Origin: an uncultured delta proteobacterium
Lineage (GTDB): Bacteria; Myxococcota; Myxococcia; Myxococcales; Anaeromyxobacteraceae
Assembly: GCA_963828255.1 (NCBI GenBank)
Contig: CAWHDZ010000003.1
Coordinates: forward strand, 32,001 to 96,000
Direction of reading: 5' to 3'
DNA: 64,000 nt
Part shown: positions 45,255 to 55,462 of the stretch, piece by piece
Numbering within the stretch: the stretch's first letter is position 1
Layout: each line of letters begins with the position of its first letter
Translations under genes and position numbers: made by a program
Notes under the pieces: model-generated
The model's database searches: none
Seen by the model: only the letters and a program-made list of their open reading frames with translations
Told to the model about the DNA's origin: nothing

Positions 45255-46244
45255 GTGGACGTGGCCGACCAGGAGGTGCTGCGCCTCATCCTGAAGGGCG
45301 GCTCGGTCATCGACTGGCGCCGCCTGCACTTCCGGGACGCCGCCGAGGTGGACCGCTTCCTCCACCTCCACCTCTTCGACCTGGAGGACCCGCGCGACGA
45401 GGCGCGGCTGCGGGCCGTGCTGGCCCAGGCCGTCGAGTACCTCCGCACTGCCTACGGGTACCGGGTTGCGGCGGCGGTGGCCGCGCCCGGGGACCTCCGG
45501 ACCCTCTTCCTGCTCGCGAGCGGCGTGGCCGAGCCCTCCCGCTACCGCCGCATCGCCTGCGTGGTGCTCAAGGTGATGCACGTGGTCCACCACGTGGAGG
45601 CCCGCGAGCTGCTCTTCCGCACCCCCCTGCGCGAGTCGGACCTGGTCGACCGGGTGGAGCGCAGGGTCATGGCGGTGGCCCGCCGCATGGCCGAGGCCGG
45701 CCAGCCCGTGGTGGAGTTCCAGGGCAACCGCAAGTCGCGGGACTCGCTGGTGACGAAGCTGCTCGTGAAGAAGGAGTCGGTCGCGGCGCAGGTCTTCGAC
45801 CGGGTCCGTTACCGCATCCTCACGCGGAGTGCGGCTGACGTTGCGCCGGTGCTCCGCCAGCTCTGGCACGAGCTCTTCCCCTTCAACTACGTGGTCCCGG
45901 GCCAGTCGGAGAACTCGCTCGTTCCGGTCCGCAGGGGCGATCCCGCCCGGTCCAGGCGGGTCAACCCGTTCAGCGAGGCCACCTACCGGGCGCTCCACTT
46001 CGTGGTGGACCTCCCGGTGCGCATCGACGACCTTCTCCCGCCGACCCCGCCCGGAGACGGGGAGGACCTGGGGCGGATCGTCTTCTCGATGGTCGAGTTC
46101 CAGGTGATGGACGAGGAGACGTCGCGCCGGAACGAGCAGGGCGTCGCCAACCACAGGAGGTACAAGAAGCGCCAGGCGGTGTCGGCGCTGCGGCGGCTGT
46201 CGCGTGGCCTGGTGGTGCCGAGAAAGAGGAAGGCGAGGGTGTAG
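45255..46244 (+). CDS. TIGR04552-family protein (RelA/SpoT-like nucleotidyltransferase fold)
   Basis: LRLILKGGSVIDWRRL; RKSRDSLVTKL, DRVRYR, YRALH, EFQ, H.RYK. Confidence 0.8.
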   Translation: MDVADQEVLRLILKGGSVIDWRRLHFRDAAEVDRFLHLHLFDLEDPRDEARLRAVLAQAVEYLRTAYGYRVAAAVAAPGDLRTLFLLASGVAEPSRYRRIACVVLKVMHVVHHVEARELLFRTPLRESDLVDRVERRVMAVARRMAEAGQPVVEFQGNRKSRDSLVTKLLVKKESVAAQVFDRVRYRILTRSAADVAPVLRQLWHELFPFNYVVPGQSENSLVPVRRGDPARSRRVNPFSEATYRALHFVVDLPVRIDDLLPPTPPGDGEDLGRIVFSMVEFQVMDEETSRRNEQGVANHRRYKKRQAVSALRRLSRGLVVPRKRKARV

Positions 46245-47891
46245 CTACTTCCTCTTCCGCGCCTTCTTGCGCGCCTGGCGCTCCCGCTTGCGCTTCTTGT
46301 TGCGGGCGTCGCGATCGGCTGCACTCTCGGTCGAGATGGGCTCGGGCGCGTAGCCCATGAGCCGGGCCCGGGCCAGCGCGCCGGCCGGCAGCCGCGGCTG
46401 CATCCCCCGGGGCAGCCCGGCCATCTGGCCGGCCATCTGCGACGGGTCGGGGGTGCCGCCCTCCATGAGCTGCTCGAACGCCGCGGCGTCGTCGCCGAGG
46501 ACGTCGTCCATGCCCTGGCCCTTGGACCTTCGGAGGCTGGCGAGCTGCTTCATGCCGGGCAGCCGCGAGAGCAGCCCGGGCGCCGAGCCCACCATCTTCA
46601 TCATGCCCTTCATGCCGTGGTACTGCTTCAGGAGGTCCTTGACCTCCTTCTCCTTGCGGCCGGACCCCTTGGCGATGCGCCGCATGCGCGACTCGTTGAG
46701 CGAGTCGGGACGGGCCCTTTCACCCGGGGTCATCGAATCCACCATGGCGACGATGCGGCCCAGCGCCTTCTCGTCGAACTGGAACCCCTCGGGCATCTCC
46801 CCGAAGATGGGGAACTTCTCCATCAGGTCGCCGATGGGCCCCATCTTGCGGATGGTGCGGATCTGCTTCACGAAGTCGTCGAGGGTGAAGTCGCCGGAGA
46901 GGAGCTTCTTGGCGTCGGCCTCGGCCTGCTCCTCGTCGACGTGGGCCTCGAAGTCCTTCATGAGGCCGACGACGTCGCCGAACCCCAGGATGCGGCCGGC
47001 CAGCCCCTCGGGGCGGAACTCCTCGAGCTTGTCGAGCTGCTCGCCCATGCCCAGGAACTTGATGGGCTTGCCGGTGACCTCCTTGATGGAGAGCGCCGCG
47101 CCGCCGCGGGCGTCGCCGTCGAGCTTGGTGAGCACGAAGCCGTCGATGCCGATGCGCCGGTCGAACTCGGACGCGGTGCGCACCGCGTCCTGGCCGATCA
47201 TGGCGTCGCAGACCAGCAGGGTGTTCTCGGGCTTGACCGCGCTCTTCACCTGCTCGAGCTCGGTCATGAGGGCGTCGTCGATGGCGAGGCGGCCGGCGGT
47301 GTCGTAGATGACGACGTCGGTCCTCTCGCGGGAGGCCTTCTCGTGGGCGCGGCGGCACAGCTCGGGCGGGGCCAGCCCTGCCTCGTGGAAGACCGGAACG
47401 CCGAGCTTCTCGCCGAGCTGACGGAGCTGCTCGACCGCGGCGGGGCGCTGCACGTCGGCGGCCACCAGGAGGATCGACTTCCCCTCCTTCAGGTAGCGGT
47501 TGGCGATCTTGGCCGCGGTGGTGGTCTTGCCGGAGCCCTGGAGCCCCACCATCATGACGCCGGTTGGCTTCCTGGCGCCCACCACGAGGGACGTGTCCAC
47601 GGGGCCCATGAGGGCCTCGAGCTCGTCGTGGCAGATCTTGACGAAGTGGTCCTGCGGCGTGACCCGGACGGTCCCCTTGCCGGTCTTGACCTTGGTCTCC
47701 ACCACCTCGCCCACGGCCTTCTCGCGGACCCGGGCGACGAAGCGCTTCACCACGTCGAAGGAGACGTCGGCCTCGAGCAGCGCCACGCGGATGTCGCGCA
47801 GCGCGTCATCGACGACCTCCGAGGTGATCTCGGTTCGCCCCTTGAGCTTGTTCCTGGCGGCCTTGAAGCCTCTGGCGACGGTTTCCAGCAT
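46245..47891 (-). CDS. ffh: signal recognition particle protein
   Basis: ALLEADV, GLQGSGKTTT, DTAGRL, TKLDGDARGGAALS, Met-rich M domain. Confidence 0.97.
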   Translation of the reverse strand: MLETVARGFKAARNKLKGRTEITSEVVDDALRDIRVALLEADVSFDVVKRFVARVREKAVGEVVETKVKTGKGTVRVTPQDHFVKICHDELEALMGPVDTSLVVGARKPTGVMMVGLQGSGKTTTAAKIANRYLKEGKSILLVAADVQRPAAVEQLRQLGEKLGVPVFHEAGLAPPELCRRAHEKASRERTDVVIYDTAGRLAIDDALMTELEQVKSAVKPENTLLVCDAMIGQDAVRTASEFDRRIGIDGFVLTKLDGDARGGAALSIKEVTGKPIKFLGMGEQLDKLEEFRPEGLAGRILGFGDVVGLMKDFEAHVDEEQAEADAKKLLSGDFTLDDFVKQIRTIRKMGPIGDLMEKFPIFGEMPEGFQFDEKALGRIVAMVDSMTPGERARPDSLNESRMRRIAKGSGRKEKEVKDLLKQYHGMKGMMKMVGSAPGLLSRLPGMKQLASLRRSKGQGMDDVLGDDAAAFEQLMEGGTPDPSQMAGQMAGLPRGMQPRLPAGALARARLMGYAPEPISTESAADRDARNKKRKRERQARKKARKRK

Positions 47892-47933
47892 CTGGGGCTG
47901 CACCCTTTCGAGGAGGGGGCTTATAACACGGTC

Positions 47934-48389
47934 ATGGCTCCGCGACCGCCCCCACAGGGGCCCCGGATGTTCACCGTCGAGGAGGCGAACGACCTCGTCC
48001 CCGACCTGGAACTGGCCTTCGGCCAGCTGGGCCGGCTGCGCGCCGAGGCCAGCGTCCTCGTCGAGGCGCTGGGGGGAGGGGAGGCCGCCATGGAGATCCT
48101 GAACGGCCGGGCACCCGAGCCGGCGCTCGAGTCCCACGCCCGGCGCTTCCGGGTGGTGGTCGAGGAGATCAACGGCGTCGTCGAGCAGGTGAACGAGCTG
48201 GGATGCCTCGTGAAGGACATCGACGCGGGGCTGGTGGACTTCTACGGGATCCAGGAGGGGGAGCCGATCTTCCTCTGCTGGCAGTTCGGGGAGCCGGCCG
48301 TGGCCCACTGGCACCCGGTCGAGGAGGGGTTCGCCTCCCGCCGGCCCATCGAGGGGGTTTCGATCGAGCCCCCGCCTTTCCCGAACTGA
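47934..48389 (+). CDS. DUF2203 protein
   Basis: FTVEEAN, VKDIDAGLVDF, LCWQFGE...WH...GFASRRPI. Confidence 0.9.
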   Translation: MAPRPPPQGPRMFTVEEANDLVPDLELAFGQLGRLRAEASVLVEALGGGEAAMEILNGRAPEPALESHARRFRVVVEEINGVVEQVNELGCLVKDIDAGLVDFYGIQEGEPIFLCWQFGEPAVAHWHPVEEGFASRRPIEGVSIEPPPFPN

Positions 48390-48403
48390 TGTGGAATGCG
48401 GGC

Positions 48404-49579
48404 ATGAACTTCCGGACCGGCCTGGCCGTCCTGGCGCTCGCGACGGTGGTCGCCTGCGCCAGCCCCTTCCGCAAGCCCGACGCCTTCTACGCCCCGCCCG
48501 CGCCCTTCCCGGCCGGCAAGCCGGGCGACCTTCTCCGATCGGAGCCGGTCGAGGGGGGACCGGACGGCGCCCGGTCCTGGCGCATCCTCTACCGCTCCAC
48601 CGGGATGAAGGGGGAACCGATCGTGGTGTCCGGCCTGCTCGTCGTCCCGGACGCCCCCGCGCCGGCGGGCGGGCGCGGCGTGGTGGCCTGGGCCCACCCC
48701 ACCATCGGCGTGGCCCGGGACTGCGCTCCGTCGTTGCAGACGAACTGGAAGAAGACCATCCCCGGCCTCGACCTCATGGTGAAGGCGGGGCAGGTGGTGG
48801 TGGCCACCGACTACGCCGGGCTGGGCACGCCCGGACAGCACCCGTACCTGGTGGGCGCCAGCGCGGCCCGGGCCGTCCTCGACTCGGTGCGGGCCGCACG
48901 CAACGTGAAGGAGGCCGCGGCGGGGAGCCGGTTCGTGGTCTGGGGGCATTCGCAGGGCGGGCACGCCGCGCTCTTCACCGGGCAGATGGCCGCCGCCCTC
49001 GCCCCGGAGCTCACGCTGGCCGGCGTGGCCGCGGCCGCGCCCGCGACCGACCTCGCCAGGCTCCTCGAGCAGGACATCGGGACCAAGCTCGGGAACGTCC
49101 TCGCCGCCGAGGCGCTGGTCTCGTGGTCGAAGGTGTTCGAAGCGCCCATGTCCGAGGTGCTCCACCCGGACGCGATCCCGGTGGTGGAGAGGGTGGCGGC
49201 GCGGTGCATCCGCGACCCCGGCGAGGGGCTCCTGGCCTTCTCCGACGCCGTGCCGCTCCGCGATGGTTTCCTCACCGTGAAGATGTCCGACGTCCAGCCC
49301 TGGGCATCGATCATGAAGGAGAACTCCCCCGGGGCGTCGCCCATCACCGCCCCGGTCTTCATCTCCCAGGGGTCGATCGACACCGTGGTGGCCCCCGCGG
49401 TCACCGCCCTGTTCGCCGGGGGCGTCTGCGCCCGGGGGACCTCGGTGCGCTACCTCGCGATGCCGGACGAGGGGCACATCCTCATCGCCTACCGCTCGGC
49501 GGAGGAGGCGGTGGCCTGGATGACCGATCGCCTCGCCGGAAAGCCCGCGCCGGACGAATGCGTGCGGGACGGGAGATAG
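48404..49579 (+). CDS. secretory lipase (LIP family) lipoprotein
   Basis: Lipobox VVAC, RILYRST, WAHPT.G...CAPS, TDYAGLG, GHSQGG. Confidence 0.9.
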   Translation: MNFRTGLAVLALATVVACASPFRKPDAFYAPPAPFPAGKPGDLLRSEPVEGGPDGARSWRILYRSTGMKGEPIVVSGLLVVPDAPAPAGGRGVVAWAHPTIGVARDCAPSLQTNWKKTIPGLDLMVKAGQVVVATDYAGLGTPGQHPYLVGASAARAVLDSVRAARNVKEAAAGSRFVVWGHSQGGHAALFTGQMAAALAPELTLAGVAAAAPATDLARLLEQDIGTKLGNVLAAEALVSWSKVFEAPMSEVLHPDAIPVVERVAARCIRDPGEGLLAFSDAVPLRDGFLTVKMSDVQPWASIMKENSPGASPITAPVFISQGSIDTVVAPAVTALFAGGVCARGTSVRYLAMPDEGHILIAYRSAEEAVAWMTDRLAGKPAPDECVRDGR

Positions 49580-49661
49580 GGCCGCCCGGAGTCGAACCGG
49601 GACGCCGCCTGCGCGGCAGCGGATTTTAAATCCGCCGCGTCTACCGTTTCGCCACGGCCCC
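49577..49661 (-). tRNA. tRNA-Leu(TAA)
   Basis: Minus strand GGGGCCG...CGGCCCT-A; anticodon arm GCGGA-TT TAA AA-TCCGC; GGTTCGACTCC; long variable arm. Confidence 0.93.
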
Positions 49662-49697
49662 GGGAGGAGGATACCCGGTCCCGACCCTCATGGCGCC

Positions 49698-50720
49698 TCA
49701 CCGCACGAATCGCGCCTCGAAGTGGGCCCGGAGCTTCGGGTTCTTCCTGAGCAGCCCCAGCGACAGGTCGGCGTGGCCGGGGACGTACCCGTTCCCGATG
49801 AGGAGCGTCGCGTCCTTGCCGACCCCCTCCGCGCCCAGGGCCGCGGCCGTGAAGCTCGTCGCCATGGAGAAGAAGATCACCGTGCCGCCGTCGCGGACGA
49901 GCAGCAGGGTCGAGATCTCCGTCCCGGGCACGTTGGCGCAGTTCACGACCAGGTCGAAGAGGCCGCCCGCCGACTCGACCCGCTGGAGCGCATCGACGCC
50001 GCGGGTGGCGTCGAGCAACAGGGTCCGGTCCACCACCCCGATGGCCTGGAGGTCGGCCAGAGCCTTCTCCGACAGGTCCGCCGCCACCACCTCGCCCGAT
50101 CCGGCGAGCGTCTCCATGGCCTGGGCGCAGACCAGCGCGCCCGACTTCCCCGCCCCGATGACGAGCACGCGGGCGCCCGGGCGGGCGTACCGGGCCACCA
50201 GCGCCGGCGCCCCGCAGACGTCGAGGGCGGCGAGCGCCAGGGCGTAGGGCATGTCGTCGGGGAGCTTCGCCCAGAGGCCGGTTGCGAAGAGGATGGCGCT
50301 CCCGCGCACGTCGAGTCGCTCCACCTCGGGGTGGACGCCCAGGAGCTCGTCGATTCGCAAAGGCGTGAGGGTGAGCGAGACCAGCGTGGCGATGCGGTCG
50401 CCCACCGCGAGGTCGCCGCCGGCCGGGTGGCGCTGGCCGATCTCCCGCACCCGGCCGATGAGCATGCCCCCCGAGCCGGTGACCGGGTTGTGCATCTTGC
50501 CCCGCTCCGCGACGATGCGCACGACCTCCGCGCCGATGCGGGCCGGGTCTCCCCCCACGGCGTCCGCGATCTGCCGGAAGCTCGCCGAGTCGACGTTGAG
50601 CGCGTCCACGTCGATGGCGAGCTCGTCGTCGCCGAGCGGGAGGTCGGGGTCGAGCCGGTCGGCCCGCTGGGGCAGCACGCCGGCGGGGGAGACCACGCGT
50701 CTCAGTCCGTAGGGGTCCAA
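49698..50720 (-). CDS. kdd: L-erythro-3,5-diaminohexanoate dehydrogenase
   Basis: PYG..RV..P.GVLPQ, LNVDSASF, RGKMHNPVTGSGG, DVCGAP, FFSMATSF, IGNGY. Confidence 0.92.
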   Translation of the reverse strand: MDPYGLRRVVSPAGVLPQRADRLDPDLPLGDDELAIDVDALNVDSASFRQIADAVGGDPARIGAEVVRIVAERGKMHNPVTGSGGMLIGRVREIGQRHPAGGDLAVGDRIATLVSLTLTPLRIDELLGVHPEVERLDVRGSAILFATGLWAKLPDDMPYALALAALDVCGAPALVARYARPGARVLVIGAGKSGALVCAQAMETLAGSGEVVAADLSEKALADLQAIGVVDRTLLLDATRGVDALQRVESAGGLFDLVVNCANVPGTEISTLLLVRDGGTVIFFSMATSFTAAALGAEGVGKDATLLIGNGYVPGHADLSLGLLRKNPKLRAHFEARFVR

Positions 50721-50773
50721 GGTGGTCCGAGATTAGCAGATCGTTGGCGGGTTTCCGGTTAGCATCCGGCCAC

Positions 50774-52513
50774 ATGCGTTACCGCGTTTCCATGCCGGAG
50801 CCCCATTCCCACCTCTTCGAGGTCGAGGCGGTCCTCGAGGCCCCCGGGGCGTCGCCCGTCCTGGCCCTGCCGGTGTGGACGCCGGGCAGCTACCTGGTCC
50901 GGGAGTTCGCCCGCCACCTGGAGCGGATCGAGGCCGACGACGGCGCGGGCCGGAAGCTGCCGGTCCTCCGGCTCGACAAGCACCGCTTCCGGGTGGACGC
51001 GGGGGACTCCGCCCAGGTCCGGGTCCGCTACCGGATCTACGCCAACGATCCCACCGTGCGAACCTCCCACCTCGACGGCGCCCACGGCTTCTTCAACGGG
51101 GCCAACCTCTTCCTGTACGCCGAGGGGAGGGTGGAGGAGCCGGTGGAGCTCGCGATCGTCCCGCCGGCCGGGTGGAAGGTCTCCACGGCGCTGGACGGCG
51201 GCCCCATCCTATTCACGGCCCGTGACTATCACGAGCTGTGCGACTCGCCGGTCGAGGTGGGGACCCACGCGGTCGCCGCATTCGAGGCGCTGGGGAAGCG
51301 GCACGAGGTCGCCGTGGCCGGACGCGGCCACCTCGACCTGCCCCGCTTCACCGCGGATCTGAAGGCCATCGTCGAGCACCTGGGCGCCTTCATGGGCGGG
51401 CTCCCCTACGCCCGCTACCTCTTCATCGTGCACCTCTCCGACCGGCGTCGCGGCGGGCTGGAGCACCAGCGCAGCACCACCCTCGACGTGGGGCGGACCG
51501 CCTTCTTCCCGCGGGAGGCCTACGAGGAGACGCTCTCCCTGGCCGCACACGAGTTCCTGCACCTCTGGAACGTGAAGCGCCTGCGCCCCGCCGCGCTCCA
51601 GCCCTACGACTACGCCCGCGAGCAGTACACGCGCCTGCTCTGGTGGTTCGAGGGGGTCACGAGCTACTACGACCGGCTCATCCTGGTGCGCACCGGCCTC
51701 TCCGACGCGCGCGGATACCTGAAGCACCTGGGGGAGCAGTGGACGGCGCTCGGCCGGCAGCCCGGCGCGGGCAAGATGAGCCTGGAGGAGGCCAGCCTCA
51801 CCGCCTGGGTGAAGTACTACCGGCCCGACGAGAACAGCACGAACAGCGCGGTCTCCTACTACCTCAAGGGGGAGCTGGTGGCGCTCTGCCTCGACCTCGC
51901 GCTGCGGCGCGCCGGCGGCTCCCTCGACGACCTGCTGCGCGGACTTCACGCGCGGTATGCGGCGACGGGCCTCCCCGAGGACGGGGTGGAGCGGGCCGCC
52001 GCCGGGGTGGTGGGGGAGGGCGCGGCCCGGGAGCTCTTCGACCGGCTGGTGCGCGGGACGGCGCCGGTGGAGGCCGCCCTCGACCTCGTCGGCCTCTCGA
52101 TGGAGCGGAGGTTCGCCCAGTCGCTCGACGACAAGGGGGGCGCTCCGGCGCGCAGGAACGGCGACGACGGGCGGGCCGGCTGGCTCGGGGCCGAGATCCC
52201 GCCGGGGCCGAGGCTCGTCGTGCGGACGGTGCGGGAGGGGAGTCCGGCCGCGAAGGCAGGGCTCTACGCCGACGACGAGATCCTGGCCGAGTCGGGCTTC
52301 CGGGTGGACCGCGCCGCCCTCTGGGATCGGATGCGCCAGGTGGGGCCGGGCGGCAAGCTGCGCCTCACCGTGTTCCGGCGCGACGAGCTCCAGGAGGTCG
52401 AGGTGGCGCTGGGGCAGCCTCCCGTGGAGGTCGCCTGGCTCGAGCCCGTGCCGGACCCCACGCCGGCGCAGCGGGCGGCCTTCCTGGCCTGGACCGGCGC
52501 GGCGCTTCCGTGA
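50774..52513 (+). CDS. M61 glycyl aminopeptidase with PDZ domain
   Basis: PVWTPGSYLVREF, GGLEH, HEFLHLWNVKR, EGVTSYY, SYYLKG, C-terminal PDZ. Confidence 0.93.
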   Translation: MRYRVSMPEPHSHLFEVEAVLEAPGASPVLALPVWTPGSYLVREFARHLERIEADDGAGRKLPVLRLDKHRFRVDAGDSAQVRVRYRIYANDPTVRTSHLDGAHGFFNGANLFLYAEGRVEEPVELAIVPPAGWKVSTALDGGPILFTARDYHELCDSPVEVGTHAVAAFEALGKRHEVAVAGRGHLDLPRFTADLKAIVEHLGAFMGGLPYARYLFIVHLSDRRRGGLEHQRSTTLDVGRTAFFPREAYEETLSLAAHEFLHLWNVKRLRPAALQPYDYAREQYTRLLWWFEGVTSYYDRLILVRTGLSDARGYLKHLGEQWTALGRQPGAGKMSLEEASLTAWVKYYRPDENSTNSAVSYYLKGELVALCLDLALRRAGGSLDDLLRGLHARYAATGLPEDGVERAAAGVVGEGAARELFDRLVRGTAPVEAALDLVGLSMERRFAQSLDDKGGAPARRNGDDGRAGWLGAEIPPGPRLVVRTVREGSPAAKAGLYADDEILAESGFRVDRAALWDRMRQVGPGGKLRLTVFRRDELQEVEVALGQPPVEVAWLEPVPDPTPAQRAAFLAWTGAALP

Positions 52514-52536
52514 CGAAGGGGCTATAAGGAGCCTCC

Positions 52537-53855
<1,319 letters not shown>

Positions 53856-53859
<4 letters not shown>

Positions 53860-54611
53860 AGGGCGAGTCGCAGGCGCAGCGCATTGCACTGTTCGTGGAT
53901 TTCGAGAACCTGGTCACCCGCACCGGCATCGCGCCGGAGGCCTTCGACCTGCAGCCGGCCATCGACACCCTGCTCGAGAAGGGGAAGGTGGTCTTCCGCC
54001 GGGCCTACGCCGACTGGGCCCGCTATGCCGACGCCGCCACCCGGCTGCACGACCTGGGGGTGGAACTCATCGACGTGCCGCCGTCCACGCGGGCCGGCAA
54101 GAACGGCGCCGACGTGCGCCTCGTCATCGACGCGCTCGAGCTCTGCTACCTGCGCGAGCACATCGACACCTTCGTCATCGCTTCGGGCGACTCCGACTTC
54201 TGCCCGCTCGCCCACAAGCTCCGGGAGAACGACCGGACGGTGGTGGGCATGGCGGTGAAGGAGTCCACCAGCCCGCTCTTCGTGAAGGCCTGCGACGAGT
54301 TCATGTACCTGCGCGGCCCCGGCCAGCGCCGGCGCGACGGCGGGCGGGAGAAGGAGAGCGAGCGGGAAAAGCCCAAGGAGAAGGTGATCCCCGAGGTGGC
54401 CCGCGAGGCCGCCGCGGCGCTGCTCGCCAAGGCCACCGCGCCCATCAATCCCTCGGCGATCAAGGAGGCCATCGTCCGCAAGGAGCCCGACTTCGACGAG
54501 CGCGACCACGGCTTCTCCTCCTTCAACCGGCTCCTCGAGGCCATGGAGAAGGAGAAGCTGCTCCGGCGCGAGCAGGGGGCGAAGGGGCAGTGGTACGTCG
54601 TGGCCGCCTGA
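53856..54611 (+). CDS. NYN domain protein (LabA/DUF88) with OST-HTH
   Basis: LFVDFEN, KNGAD, SGDSDF, ACDEF, DFDERDHGFSSF. Confidence 0.92.
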
Positions 54612-54616
54612 AGGCA

Positions 54617-54651
54617 GGAGCCCGGCCGCCCACCGAGGGCGACCGGGCTCC
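54617..54651. terminator. hairpin between convergent genes
   Basis: GGAGCCCGGCCGCCC-ACCGA-GGGCGACCGGGCTCC. Confidence 0.65.
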
Positions 54652-54672
54652 CTTCCCCCCTCCGATCCGGCG

Positions 54673-55287
54673 CTATTGAGCGGCCCCCGCGGCGCGCGCC
54701 GCCATCCCCGTGCAGACCCGGTCCTGCCGCGCGGCGGCGGTAATGGTATCGACGGTATCCTCGCCGGGCGCTCCGCCCCCGTCGTTCCCCGGGTCAACGG
54801 CCATCATGCTGGCGAAACCCATTCCCGGGGCCGCGCGGAGCGCGACCGGGCGTGACTGGAGGCAGTACTCGGCCATGGAGCCCTCCAGCTCTTCGATGGC
54901 CACGAGGTCTGCGACCGCCCCCCCGGGGGAGACGAGCTGGCCGTGGATGACGCTGCCGTCGCCCTCGCCGATGGCGAGCGACGCGCTCCACCCGCTCCCG
55001 GCAAGCCGGATCATCCCGTCGGGGTCCAGCGTGCCCCGCAGGTGGATGATGGTGGTGCCGATCGCGATCTGCGCCTTCACGGTGGCACGGTCGGGGGCCG
55101 CGGCGTCGGCCGCGTGGACCACGATCGTCGCCTCACCCGAGATGCCGGTCCCCTCGACCGCCCCACGGTACTGCGTGTCCGCGCCCCGGGCCGAGACCCC
55201 CTGGCCGGCGTCGGTGGTCCCCCCACAGCCGACGAGGTTGCCGACGACGACGATCGAAGCGAGAAGGAAGTTGATCGAAGCGCGCAT
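54673..55287 (-). CDS. hypothetical lipoprotein
   Basis: Signal peptide with LVGC lipobox; RBS GGAG. Confidence 0.65.
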   Translation of the reverse strand: MRASINFLLASIVVVGNLVGCGGTTDAGQGVSARGADTQYRGAVEGTGISGEATIVVHAADAAAPDRATVKAQIAIGTTIIHLRGTLDPDGMIRLAGSGWSASLAIGEGDGSVIHGQLVSPGGAVADLVAIEELEGSMAEYCLQSRPVALRAAPGMGFASMMAVDPGNDGGGAPGEDTVDTITAAARQDRVCTGMAARAAGAAQ

Positions 55288-55433
55288 TGTCTCTCCAAGA
55301 AGGTCGGCCCTGGTGCCGACGGGGTCGGGACTTCATGTCCGGACATCGGAAGAGAAGGGCGACGGGGGAAGATGTGACTTCGCGCGCGCCGGGGGGAAGC
55401 CGGCCTGCGGGAGGCTCGCGCTGCCGTTGGTCC

Positions 55434-55462
55434 TTGACTCCCCCCGACGACGCTAGTAGATC
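55434..55462 (+). promoter_or_regulatory. sigma70-like promoter of tRNA-Pro(CGG)
   Basis: TTGACT-17 bp-TAGATC. Confidence 0.55.

Noticed and set aside
49698..50720. Orphan kdd as a novel pathway
   Set aside because: Other lysine-degradation genes may simply lie outside the window
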